Positions 1 to 9,364 of a DNA stretch of 64,000 bases are shown piece by piece. This stretch comes from an uncultured Bacilli bacterium (GTDB lineage: Bacteria; Bacillota_I; Bacilli_A; RF39; UBA660), in NCBI GenBank assembly GCA_934098705.1, contig CAKOPC010000002.1, positions 158,457 to 222,456 on the forward strand, read 5' to 3'. The notes below the pieces were generated by a model. That model had not been told where the DNA came from. It ran no database searches and saw only the letters and a program-made list of their open reading frames with translations. The number at the start of each line of letters is the position of its first letter. Within the stretch, counting starts at the first letter, position 1. A program made the position numbers and the translations under genes.

Positions 1-1000
1 CTACTGATTTATATAATCCACTTGCATCTCCAACACTTGAATATGTATCAGTAAGTGTTGCAGTAGCACTTAATACATTACTATTATTAGTACCTAATAT
101 TAACGTACTAAGTGATTTTGAATTTGATTTTATACTTAAACTTTCTGTTGTACCATAACCCTTTATTTTAAATGTAAATGTTTCACTATTTGTATCTGCG
201 ACATGTTCCACATTTGTACTTGTTCTTTTCTTTATTATATTATTTGTAAGCATATATTTAATCATATTATTATCTTCTGCAGCACCATCTAAAAATTCTA
301 GTGTTTGTCCTTCTATAGAACCAGTACCATTACAAAATGCTGTTGCAACATCAGTACTAACTGATACAGCATTTGCAACAAATGTAGCACATGCTGAAAC
401 ACTTACTACTTCATACTTTTCACTTCTTGCAATTATTGGAAGTTTATAATTTTCATCTATCCATGCTTTTAATGTGTATGTATGTACTTCACTTCCACTT
501 ATTACATCTGTTAATAAAACATGACTATCCATAATGTTTTCTATATAAAGTGGTTTAAAACTAGATATTAATTCTCCTTTATTTTCTGTAAAGCCTGCCC
601 CTACCTCATTTCCCTTTTTCAAATATATTTTTATGTAGTCTTGTGTTAAAGTATTTCCTTCTTGTATATCTGTTATACCTAAGGCATAATTTACTTTAGT
701 ATCTCCTGTTATATCACTTGTAACAGTAAATGTCATTTGTGAATTTGTATCAGTATTTGCTAAGCCTTCACTATCTGTTTCAGGATACCTATTTTGAATA
801 CTAATATTATTCACATCATTAAATGTAATTACTATATGTCCTGTTTGTATTACATTTTCTTTTGTTCCACTGCCTGTAAATGTATACATAGCATATGAAA
901 GTCCAACCGTTATTACTAAAAGAAGTATTACAAATATTACTGGTATTATATACCTTTTAGTTTGTGATACCCCCCCCCCAGTTGTAAACATTTGTTTCAT
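1..1000 (-). CDS. Secreted TasA/camelysin-like protein with a SipW-cognate-type signal peptide. Partial: the C-terminus runs off the window start.
   Basis: The minus-strand frame is open from an ATG at 1000..998 to position 1 (checked by hand). The N-terminus reads MKQMFTTGGGVSQTKRYIIPVIFVILLLVITVGLSYA|MYTFTGSGTKENVIQTG, which is a signal anchor with S-x-A before a predicted cleavage site. The same architecture and motifs (NALP-like segment, Y-x-L-K-A-W near the C-terminus) occur in the paralogs at 13758, 38014, 39466, 40222, 40992 and 41779. The ORF track does not list it because it is truncated by the window edge. Confidence 0.6.
   Translation of the reverse strand, partial: MKQMFTTGGGVSQTKRYIIPVIFVILLLVITVGLSYAMYTFTGSGTKENVIQTGHIVITFNDVNNISIQNRYPETDSEGLANTDTNSQMTFTVTSDITGDTKVNYALGITDIQEGNTLTQDYIKIYLKKGNEVGAGFTENKGELISSFKPLYIENIMDSHVLLTDVISGSEVHTYTLKAWIDENYKLPIIARSEKYEVVSVSACATFVANAVSVSTDVATAFCNGTGSIEGQTLEFLDGAAEDNNMIKYMLTNNIIKKRTSTNVEHVADTNSETFTFKIKGYGTTESLSIKSNSKSLSTLILGTNNSNVLSATATLTDTYSSVGDASGLYKSV
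970..979 (-). repeat. Homopolymeric tract of 10 C on the plus strand, that is G10 on the coding strand, inside codons 8-11 of the TasA-like paralog.
   Basis: Read directly from the sequence: tgataCCCCCCCCCCagttg. On the minus strand it encodes GGG GGG GGG G and is in frame as sequenced. A 10-bp G/C homopolymer is far outside expectation for a genome of about 25% GC. Confidence 0.8.
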
Positions 1001-1139
1001 AAAACATCCTTCTTTCTTATCTTTTTCATATTTATTTTAACAAAAAAATTTGTTAATTACAAGTAATTTAAAAAAATAGTTTTATGTATAATTTTTAAAT
1101 CATTTTTCATAATAAAAATAGATAAAAAGGAGAAAGTTT

Positions 1140-3104
1140 ATGAAGATTATAAAAAATATATTAAGAGTGTTAGTAATTATATTTTTATTATTTAGTAGTT
1201 TTAATCTTTTTGGCAATATATATGCTAAATTTTCTCCTAAAATAAATATAAAAAGTGCTAATAGTTTTTACATGTATGATAAAGATAAAACTCTTATATA
1301 TCATGGTAGTAGTATTGGTAATAATACTTGGGTTAATTTAGAAGATATGGGAGATTATGCTGTTAAAGCAACTCTTTCAGTTGAAGATAAAGATTTTTTT
1401 AATCATAATGGTTTTAACTATTTAAGAATAATAAAAGCAATTTATGAAAATATAAAACATAGAGAAATAGTTCAAGGTGCCTCAACTATTACTCAGCAAT
1501 ATGCTAAAAACTTATTTTTATCTTTTGATAAAACATGGCAAAGGAAATGGAAAGAAATGTGGCTTACCTTTACTCTTGAGGGCAATTATAATAAAGATGA
1601 AATATTAGAAGGTTATTTAAACACAATAAATTATGGTAATGGCTGTTATGGTATTGCAAGTGCTTCTAAATATTATTTTAATAAAGATGTAAAAGATTTA
1701 AATCTAGCACAAATATCAATACTTGTTGGTATTCCTAATTCTCCAAGTAACTATTCTCCTAATTATAATTATGACTTATCAAAAGAAAGACAGGAAGTTG
1801 TATTAAATAGAATGGTTGATAATGGTTATATAACAGAAAATGAAAAGGATATAGCATATAATACAAAATTAGAGTTTTATAATAAGCATGATACTTATAA
1901 CTTAACAACTCTTTCTTATTATAAAGATGCTGTTATAAAAGAACTTGAAACTATATCAAGTGTACCTGATAATTATATTGAAACAAATGGTCTTAAAATA
2001 TACACAAATCTTGATATGTTAGCGCAAACATCTCTTGAAGATGGTTTAAAGGAAAATAAAAAGGTAAAAAATTCTCAAAGTGCAAAAGTTATGATAAGAA
2101 ATAAAGATGGTGCTATAATCGCTCTTGTTGGAGGTATAAATTATGAAGAATCATCATTTAATAGAGCAACTGATTCTATAAGACAACCTGGTTCTTTAGT
2201 TAAACCGTTTTTATATTATAAAGCTTTAGAGCAAGGTTTTACTGCAAGTAGTAGTTTTGAAAGTGCTAAAACGACTTTTAATTTTAGTGATAAAGATAGT
2301 TATACTCCAACCAACATAAATGGAACATATGCTAATAAAAAAATTACTATGGCCCAAGCATTAGCCTACTCAGACAATATCTATGCAGTTAAAACTCATC
2401 TTTTTTTAGGAGAAGAAAAATTAGTTGAAATTTTAAAAAAATTAAATATTACAACACCTTTAAGCCCTTCCCCATCTCTTGCTCTTGGAACATATGAGGT
2501 AAATATAATTGAACTTGCAAGTGCTTATGCAACTTTAGCAAATGAAGGTATGATGATAAAACCTCATCTAATAAATGAAGTTTATGATATGAATGATAAT
2601 TTATTATATAAATATGAAAATAAAGATGAAGTAAAACTACTTGATGCAAAATTAACCTTTATAATAAGTGAACTTTTAACTGGTACATATGACACTAACT
2701 TAATTGACTATACTTATCCAACCTGCATCAATTTGCTTGATAATATAACTCATAAATACGCCATTAAAAGTGGTAGTACCGATACTGATGCTTGGGTTAT
2801 TGGCTACAACAAAGATTATGTTCTTGCTTCTTGGTCTGGATATGATGACAATAAAAAAATTGAAAATAGTATTGTTTCAAATAATAAAACATCTTGGATA
2901 AAATCAATGGAAATGTACTTAAAAGATAAAAAAGACTCTTGGTATAAAATACCTGAAGGTGTTGTAGGTGTATTAACTGATCCAACAACAGGAGAAGTTG
3001 CAACAGAAGATAGTAAGCATAAAAAAATTCTTTATTATGTAAAAGGTACAGAACCTAATAGTAATAAAGAAATTGATGATTTAATCAAAGATATGGTAAA
3101 CTAA
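1140..3104 (+). CDS. Class A penicillin-binding protein (bifunctional glycosyltransferase/transpeptidase, PBP1A family)
   Basis: It has an N-terminal signal anchor. The GT51 motifs are present: SVEDKDFFNHNGFN, GASTITQQYAKN, RKWKEM and LEGYLN. The transpeptidase motifs are present: SLVK (SxxK), YSDN (SxN) and KSGST (KTG-like). Confidence 0.85.
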   Translation: MKIIKNILRVLVIIFLLFSSFNLFGNIYAKFSPKINIKSANSFYMYDKDKTLIYHGSSIGNNTWVNLEDMGDYAVKATLSVEDKDFFNHNGFNYLRIIKAIYENIKHREIVQGASTITQQYAKNLFLSFDKTWQRKWKEMWLTFTLEGNYNKDEILEGYLNTINYGNGCYGIASASKYYFNKDVKDLNLAQISILVGIPNSPSNYSPNYNYDLSKERQEVVLNRMVDNGYITENEKDIAYNTKLEFYNKHDTYNLTTLSYYKDAVIKELETISSVPDNYIETNGLKIYTNLDMLAQTSLEDGLKENKKVKNSQSAKVMIRNKDGAIIALVGGINYEESSFNRATDSIRQPGSLVKPFLYYKALEQGFTASSSFESAKTTFNFSDKDSYTPTNINGTYANKKITMAQALAYSDNIYAVKTHLFLGEEKLVEILKKLNITTPLSPSPSLALGTYEVNIIELASAYATLANEGMMIKPHLINEVYDMNDNLLYKYENKDEVKLLDAKLTFIISELLTGTYDTNLIDYTYPTCINLLDNITHKYAIKSGSTDTDAWVIGYNKDYVLASWSGYDDNKKIENSIVSNNKTSWIKSMEMYLKDKKDSWYKIPEGVVGVLTDPTTGEVATEDSKHKKILYYVKGTEPNSNKEIDDLIKDMVN

Positions 3105-4168
3105 TAATTAATGTTATTAGTTTTTATTTTATTTAACTCTTTCTCTAACATATTAACAAATATTGATGGTGTTACAATATAGGAGTCAAAACCAAAATCT
3201 CTTAAATAACTTTTTATAATTTTATTAACATCTTGATTAGTAATGTTACAGTTAGATAAAAGTTCTCTACTATTACCATCTCTTGTAAAACATTTATAAT
3301 CAATATTATTATTTGATAAAGCTTTTATTAAGTGTGTTTTACCATATTTTTCTAAAGTATTAAAACATGCATTTAAAAAGACATCTTGTTTATATTTAAA
3401 CATAGCCTCTTCTTTTTTTATATTACTAGGGCTACCTATAATATCATAAATACTTCTATTTTGATTACATGATAAAGCAACTATTTTATATATCTTTTTA
3501 AGTGTTTTATCATCTACTATATTAGCACTATTATTAGCATAATTTTTAAAATCATTAACAGAACTTAAACCTGTTTGTAAAAAACTATGTATAAGTGTTG
3601 CTGTTTCATAATTATATGATTTATTAGCATCATGTGATAATCCTACATTTCCTTCTTTTATAACAAAAGGATTAGTATCTATAGCACCTTCTTTTAAATA
3701 TTTATTATTGTTAACAAATTCTATAACTTTTAAAGCCTCTTCCCTGTTTGATACTCTAATTACTATATCATCACTTCTTACAGTACTTGCTACTTTACTT
3801 TGATGTTTTATATTATTATCATCTAAAAATCTAAATATAGAAACTGCTCCATTATATATATGTTCTTTATCAAGTGGTACATATAGTTTTATTTCAGTGT
3901 CATTGCATGGAAAATAATCTTTACTTTTAAAAAGACAAAACGAACTAGCTCTTTCATTTCTATATGAATACATATTTTTAAATTTTAAATCTAAAAAATC
4001 TTTAAAATAAAAACTAATATCTTCTGGTCTATTAAAATTTGAAATGCCATGACAAAGACGTGAATAAATAAAGTTAGCATCAATACGACCTGGGTTTTCC
4101 ATCATAAATTTCTTTATAACTTGCAAAAAATTATTTATTTTGTCTATATTATTCATAAAATTCCTCAT
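3101..4168 (-). CDS. Hypothetical protein, 355 aa, with no recognisable motifs. It is translationally coupled to pduL.
   Basis: A long ORF with coding-like composition. Its start overlaps the upstream pduL stop by 20 nt. Confidence 0.5.
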   Translation of the reverse strand: MRNFMNNIDKINNFLQVIKKFMMENPGRIDANFIYSRLCHGISNFNRPEDISFYFKDFLDLKFKNMYSYRNERASSFCLFKSKDYFPCNDTEIKLYVPLDKEHIYNGAVSIFRFLDDNNIKHQSKVASTVRSDDIVIRVSNREEALKVIEFVNNNKYLKEGAIDTNPFVIKEGNVGLSHDANKSYNYETATLIHSFLQTGLSSVNDFKNYANNSANIVDDKTLKKIYKIVALSCNQNRSIYDIIGSPSNIKKEEAMFKYKQDVFLNACFNTLEKYGKTHLIKALSNNNIDYKCFTRDGNSRELLSNCNITNQDVNKIIKSYLRDFGFDSYIVTPSIFVNMLEKELNKIKTNNINY

Positions 4169-4790
4169 TTTCTATTTTATCTTGGCTTATGTTATATACA
4201 TAAACTTCTTGATTATTATATTTATAAATATCAGTATTTATAATATCTACCATATCTCCATTTTTAAGAAGACAACAATTTGCATCATCTGTATCTAAAT
4301 GAAGTTCAAATTTAAAGTTATCATTTACTTTTAAATGGACATTTTCTAGAATAACCCCTTTTACTCCGCCAACTCTTATTTCATAAACATCTTTAAAAAG
4401 TTTATATTTTAACTGTTCCTCTTTATTTAAATGAATATGTCTATTTTGAATTATACAGCACTTTCTCTCTATCATGTTTGGACCATTTATAATAGTTATA
4501 TTACTTGCATCTTCTAAATTGCCAGATGATGTAACTGGAGGAGTTATTCCTAATTTATATGCATCTGTTTGTGATACTTCAACCTGTGTATAACTTCTTA
4601 AAGGTCCTAAAACTCTAACATTTGGAATTTCTCCCTTCGGTCCTTTAATCGTAACTGTTAATGTACTTGCAAATTCCATCCCTTGATTTAAATCATTTCT
4701 TTTTGTAAAATTTGTATCGTTAAATAAAGCTTTATAATCATCAAAACTTAAATGAACATGTCTATTTGATATTCCAACTGAAATCTTCAT
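4149..4790 (-). CDS. pduL: Phosphate propanoyltransferase / phosphotransacetylase, PduL family
   Basis: There are two PduL repeats: ISNRHVHLSFDDYKALF and IQNRHIHL. RVLGPLRSYTQVEVSQTDAYKLGI and LHLDTDDANCC also match the Salmonella PduL signatures (VSNRHIHLS, RLLGPLRSVSQVEISRTDA, MHIDTDEANAA). Confidence 0.85.
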   Translation of the reverse strand: MKISVGISNRHVHLSFDDYKALFNDTNFTKRNDLNQGMEFASTLTVTIKGPKGEIPNVRVLGPLRSYTQVEVSQTDAYKLGITPPVTSSGNLEDASNITIINGPNMIERKCCIIQNRHIHLNKEEQLKYKLFKDVYEIRVGGVKGVILENVHLKVNDNFKFELHLDTDDANCCLLKNGDMVDIINTDIYKYNNQEVYVYNISQDKIENEEFYE

Positions 4791-4934
4791 ATAATACCCT
4801 CCATTATATAAATTATACCACGTATAATAGTTAAACTTTAAATTTTTTTTAAATATTATTTTTTTTGACGTTAAGAACTTATATTTTTATTATTATATAC
4901 ATATATTTAATTAGTAATATGGAAAGGAGAATTT

Positions 4935-5285
4935 ATGAATAACGGATATTATAACCCAAATTATAATAGTATGATGCCAAATAACAACATGACACCAAGT
5001 AGTAGTAACATGATCCCAAATAGTGATTATAGTAGTGAATTACCATTAGAGCAGTCTTATGTTGAAAATATTTTAAGATTAAATAAAGGTAAAATAGCTA
5101 GTTTTTACATGTCTTACCCTGATTCTAATGAGTGGCGTGATAAAATTTTTACTGGAATTGTTGAACAAGCTGCAAGAGATCATGTTGTAATAAGTGATCC
5201 TAAAACAGGAAAATGGTATATATTACTTTCAATTTATATGAACTTTATAGTATTTGATGAAGAAATAAATTATAAAGTTATTTAA
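4935..5285 (+). CDS. gerQ: Spore coat protein GerQ family
   Basis: The C-terminal domain SYVENILRLNKGKIASFYMSYPDSNEWRDKIFTGIVEQAARDHVVISDPKTGKWYILLSIYMNFIVFDEEI matches the GerQ core (YIENILRLNRGK, AGRDHIILSDPKTG, ITFEEEI). The N-terminus is N/P/S-rich and low in complexity, as in GerQ. An RBS (ggaaaggaga) lies upstream. Confidence 0.7.
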   Translation: MNNGYYNPNYNSMMPNNNMTPSSSNMIPNSDYSSELPLEQSYVENILRLNKGKIASFYMSYPDSNEWRDKIFTGIVEQAARDHVVISDPKTGKWYILLSIYMNFIVFDEEINYKVI

Positions 5286-5340
5286 CACATCTTGAAGTAA
5301 TTTAACTTTTTTGTTATAATTTTTATTGTAAATTAGGAAG

Positions 5341-5859
5341 GTGATTATTTTGTTTAAAATAATACTTATGATAGTTATTTTAATACTTATTTTTATTGGA
5401 CTATATATATATAATGCTTATCAAAAAATGAAAGATTTAAGTGATAATATAAATACTTCCAAAAATAAAATAAAAGAATTACTTGATAAAAAACTTGATT
5501 TAATGGAAAAACTTGCTAAAAATTCTAAAGACAAAGATTTAAAAGTTATGTTAAAAAAGGAAACTGATACTATTTTTGAAATGGAAGATATGTTATATAA
5601 TGCTAGATGGAAACTTGAAAATTTAATAAATAATGATAAGTATGAACCAAAAGATGAATTTAAAACTTATTTTGATACTTTAAAAGGTATCGAAGAAGAA
5701 ATCGAAGGATTAAAAGACTATTATAATAGTAAAGTTGTTATTTATAATGAGTTATTTAATGTTAAAGTTTTAAATAATATCTACAAATTATTGAAGTTAG
5801 AAAATCAAAAGAAATTTAAACTTAGAAAAATAGAAAGTTATGAAATATTAAAAGATTAG
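5341..5859 (+). CDS. LemA family membrane protein
   Basis: An N-terminal transmembrane helix is followed by a coiled-coil. The LemA-like motifs are YNAYQK, MEDMLYNAR and a C-terminal YNSKVVIYNELFN, which resembles YNEAVQNYN. Confidence 0.55.
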   Translation: MIILFKIILMIVILILIFIGLYIYNAYQKMKDLSDNINTSKNKIKELLDKKLDLMEKLAKNSKDKDLKVMLKKETDTIFEMEDMLYNARWKLENLINNDKYEPKDEFKTYFDTLKGIEEEIEGLKDYYNSKVVIYNELFNVKVLNNIYKLLKLENQKKFKLRKIESYEILKD

Positions 5860-6518
5860 TCAAGATGAAAATCTACTGGACTAATCTTTTTTGATATTAA
5901 AAAGTTATTTGTTTTAGAAAATGGTTTACTTCCAAAGAAGCCATAATTACAAGAAAATGGCGAAGGATGAGAACTTGTAAGTACAAGATGTCTTTTATTT
6001 GTAATAAGCTTAGCTTTACTTTTGGCATAATTACCCCAAAGTATAAAGACAACTGGTGTTTCCTTTTCGTTTATTTTTTCTATAATAGCATCTGTAAATG
6101 TTTCCCAGTTATATTTTTTATGAGATAAAGGCTTATCTTTTTCAACTGTTAAAATACTGTTTAACAAAAGCACCCCTTCTTTTGCCCATTTTACAAGACA
6201 ACCAGATGATGGCATATCATATCCTAAATCATCATGAAGTTCTTTAAAAATGTTAACAAGTGAAGGAGGCATTTTAACACTTGGTAAAACAGAAAAAGAA
6301 AGTCCATGTGCCTCACCTTCACCATGATATGGATCTTGTCCTATTATAACTACCTTTATTTTAGAATATGGCGTGTATTTCATAGAATTAAAAACATCAT
6401 TTGCTTTTGGGTAACAAGTATGTGTTTGATATTCATATCTAATATCTTTAACTAATTTTTTAAAGTAATCTTTTTTATATTCATCCCCTAAAATACTATC
6501 CCATTCTTTTGTTATCAT
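5856..6518 (-). CDS. ung: Uracil-DNA glycosylase
   Basis: The motifs GQDPYHGEGEAHGLSFSV, HPSPFS and LLLN are present. Length is 220 aa. Confidence 0.9.
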   Translation of the reverse strand: MITKEWDSILGDEYKKDYFKKLVKDIRYEYQTHTCYPKANDVFNSMKYTPYSKIKVVIIGQDPYHGEGEAHGLSFSVLPSVKMPPSLVNIFKELHDDLGYDMPSSGCLVKWAKEGVLLLNSILTVEKDKPLSHKKYNWETFTDAIIEKINEKETPVVFILWGNYAKSKAKLITNKRHLVLTSSHPSPFSCNYGFFGSKPFSKTNNFLISKKISPVDFHLD

Positions 6519-6869
6519 AAATCAATCATCCTAACCTTTTTATCTATTATATTTTTACTAATATTATAAAATTTATTTTTTTCTTTAGTTGTTAATATTT
6601 TAACACTAAAACAAGTAGCTAGTAAATCTTTTTTACGTAAAATATTGTAAACGTATTTACCTTAACATTTACTACTTGATATTAATTAAAATGTTTAGTT
6701 ATGATTTTCCTTAAAAGTTATTAAGTGGTACACCTAAGTAAAATAGTGCAAAGTTTTGATATATTTTTAAGGCATTATAAACAATATCTTCCAATTTTTG
6801 ACTATTATTTTCAATATTTAGAACAAATGATGGAGTGTCAAATTCAAATAGTTCTATATTTTTATAATA

Positions 6870-8168
6870 TTATTCCTTTATTTTATTTTTTAATTTTACT
6901 ATAGCATAAATATTAATAACTGATAAAATCAAAATAAATATATCAATAATATTCCAAATAAAACTTGATGATAAAATACCCCCTAAGAAAATAACAATAA
7001 CTGTTAATAACTTAAGTAAAAAGATTAATATCTTTTTTGAAGTAAAAAGCTTAAGCCCATTTTCACAGTAATAATACCCCGTTATAATACTTGATACCGC
7101 AAACATAACAACAATTATTAAAAGCATAACATCCCCAAAATGACCCAATAAATTGTTAAAAGCATATCTTGTTATTTCAATACCATTTATATTAGAAATA
7201 TTTAATGCTTTATAATTACTAAAGTAAACAATTATACCTGTTAAAAAAGTTATAAATATATTAATAAAATAGGTTGATATAACTCCTAAATAGCCATCCT
7301 TTTTAGGGTTTTTACTGCTACTACAAGCACATAGTATAGCACCACTTCCAAGCCCCGCTTCACTACTAAAAATACCTCTTTTAATACCCAAAATTAAAGA
7401 CGTTAAAAATCCAGCATTTAAAGATTTTGTACTACTAAAAGCACTAGTTACTATATCACTTAAAAATCTTGGTACATTATTTATATTAAGCGTAAACACA
7501 ACTATTCCAACAATTAAATAAATAATACACATAACAGGAACCAATGAAGAACATAATGAAGATATTGATTTTATACCCTTAAAAATAAAGTAGCATGAAA
7601 ATAAAGCAACTATTAAAGACACAATATAAGTATTAGTATTATAAGTTACATAAAAAAATTTAGTAATCGTATTATTTTGAATAGTTATAAAACCAAAAAG
7701 ATAAGTAAAAATAAGCAAAATAGAATAAATATTACTAAGTATCTTTTTATTCATACCGTACTTTATATAATAAGAAGGTCCACCTTTATAATACTTTCCA
7801 TCTTTTATTTTATATAGTGATGCCAAATAATTTTCTAAATAGCTATTAATTGATATGAAAAATGAAAAAATAATTATCCAAAAAATAACTCCAATTCCAG
7901 CATAATATATAGCAAAAGATATACCAGATAAAGAACCTACCCCAATTTTAGAGGCTAAAGACATGAAAAGTGTTTCAAAAGATGTAATACCCATTTCTTT
8001 AGAGGTACCTTCCCTTAAATTTTTTATCATATCTTTTATATTTAACTGAGGAAACTTAAGTTTTAATGAAAAATATAAAGAATTTATAAGTATTACAATG
8101 ACAAATATTATCCAAAGAAAGTTTTCTATAGTAATCCCCCTTTTAATTATATGAAAAAGACACATCAT
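6870..8168 (-). CDS. Sodium:alanine (amino acid:cation) symporter, AGCS family
   Basis: A polytopic membrane protein. The N-terminal segment FETLFMSLASKIGVGSLSGISFAIYYAGIGVIFWI resembles the AGCS signature (ALxTAL..TVGTGNI.GVA.AI..GGPGA.FWMW). Confidence 0.55.
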   Translation of the reverse strand: MMCLFHIIKRGITIENFLWIIFVIVILINSLYFSLKLKFPQLNIKDMIKNLREGTSKEMGITSFETLFMSLASKIGVGSLSGISFAIYYAGIGVIFWIIIFSFFISINSYLENYLASLYKIKDGKYYKGGPSYYIKYGMNKKILSNIYSILLIFTYLFGFITIQNNTITKFFYVTYNTNTYIVSLIVALFSCYFIFKGIKSISSLCSSLVPVMCIIYLIVGIVVFTLNINNVPRFLSDIVTSAFSSTKSLNAGFLTSLILGIKRGIFSSEAGLGSGAILCACSSSKNPKKDGYLGVISTYFINIFITFLTGIIVYFSNYKALNISNINGIEITRYAFNNLLGHFGDVMLLIIVVMFAVSSIITGYYYCENGLKLFTSKKILIFLLKLLTVIVIFLGGILSSSFIWNIIDIFILILSVINIYAIVKLKNKIKE

Positions 8169-8623
8169 TATTTATGATATGTTTCATTATTTAATATTTT
8201 AAAACTACGATAAATTTGTTCAAGTAGCATTGCTCTAAATAATCCATGTGGAAATGTCATTTTAGAAAAAGATATTCTTTTATTTGCCATATTTAAAATA
8301 TCAGGACTTAATCCATTTGAAGAACCAATTATAAAAGTAATATTACTATTTATTGTAAGTTCTTTTTCAATAAATTTAGCAAAAGATACACTATCAAATG
8401 TTTCTCCATTAATATCTAAGACAACTAAATTATCTTTAGGGGTAATTTGCTTTAATATTAATTGTTTTTCCTTCAAAAGACATGTACTAACTTCAGTATC
8501 TTTATAATCTAAAAGTTCAATAATACTAAATTTTGTATACTTTTCTATTCTTTTTTTATAATCATCTATTAAATCTTTTAAATATTGTTCTTTTATTTTA
8601 CCTAAAACTATTACTTTTATCAT
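8168..8623 (-). CDS. rlmH: 23S rRNA (pseudouridine1915-N3)-methyltransferase RlmH (SPOUT)
   Basis: The protein is 151 aa. MIKVIVLGKIKEQYLKDLIDDYKKRIEKY matches the RlmH N-terminus. It lies downstream of the yycJ-like MBL gene, as in B. subtilis (yycJ...yydA). Confidence 0.85.
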   Translation of the reverse strand: MIKVIVLGKIKEQYLKDLIDDYKKRIEKYTKFSIIELLDYKDTEVSTCLLKEKQLILKQITPKDNLVVLDINGETFDSVSFAKFIEKELTINSNITFIIGSSNGLSPDILNMANKRISFSKMTFPHGLFRAMLLEQIYRSFKILNNETYHK

Positions 8624-9364
8624 TTAAACCTCTATTTTTTCAAGAACCTCTTTTTGTTTAGCTATTAAAACTTTATCTAACTTTATATTATTTTTAACAA
8701 GCATATTATTTAACTCTTCATATGCAACAGAAGGAGTATTATTATGTTCACTTAAATGAGCTAAAATAACTGTTTTAGTTAAAGGCCCAATTAAATTTTT
8801 TAAATACTTACATACATCTTTATTTGAAAGGTGCCCTGTATCACTTATTATCCTTTGTTTTAAATAAAAAGGATAAGGACCATTCATAAGAAGTTCTGTA
8901 TCATGATTACTTTCAATGATATAAGTATTTTTATTTTTTATAATATTAAGTACTTTTTGACTTATATAACCAGTATCTGTAATATAAACAAGTTCATTAT
9001 TATCCAAAGTATCTTTTATTAAAAAACCTATACAAAAACTATCATGAGATAAATTAAAACTTTTAATATTCAAAGTATCAAGTATTAACTCTTCCTCTAA
9101 ATAAATAGATTTATATAATGCGCTATTTAATACTTCTTCATTTCTTGTATAAATAAGCGGTTTAAATTCTTTATATAAAAGTTTTAACCCACTTGTATGA
9201 TCACTATGGCTATGAGTTATTAAAATAACATCAATATTTATATTGCTATTATAATTTTTAAGTTCTTTTAAGGTAATTCCAGCATCAATTAATATATTTA
9301 AGTTATTTGTTTCAATTAATGTAGAATTACCTTTAGAACCACTTTTTAACACTGTTACTTTCAT
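8624..9364 (-). CDS. MBL-fold metallo-hydrolase (YycJ/WalJ-like)
   Basis: The HxHxDH motif is present (ITHSHSDHTSGL). Length is 246 aa. Synteny with rlmH and dnaB matches the B. subtilis yycJ neighbourhood. Confidence 0.7.
   Translation of the reverse strand: MKVTVLKSGSKGNSTLIETNNLNILIDAGITLKELKNYNSNINIDVILITHSHSDHTSGLKLLYKEFKPLIYTRNEEVLNSALYKSIYLEEELILDTLNIKSFNLSHDSFCIGFLIKDTLDNNELVYITDTGYISQKVLNIIKNKNTYIIESNHDTELLMNGPYPFYLKQRIISDTGHLSNKDVCKYLKNLIGPLTKTVILAHLSEHNNTPSVAYEELNNMLVKNNIKLDKVLIAKQKEVLEKIEV

Noticed and set aside
2449-3003. Antisense ORFs inside the PBP gene (2449..2649 and 2797..3003, minus strand). Similar internal antisense ORFs occur within rpoB, rpoC, gyrA, gyrB, dnaX, mfd, the M23 peptidase, the DHH gene and others.
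   Set aside because: All lie wholly inside strongly supported CDSs on the opposite strand and have low-complexity composition. There is no independent evidence for any of them.
6519-6869. 350-bp intergenic region checked for a tRNA or riboswitch
   Set aside because: It is uniformly AT-rich with no GC-rich stems or cloverleaf. It is consistent with the ung promoter plus the symporter 3-prime end only.
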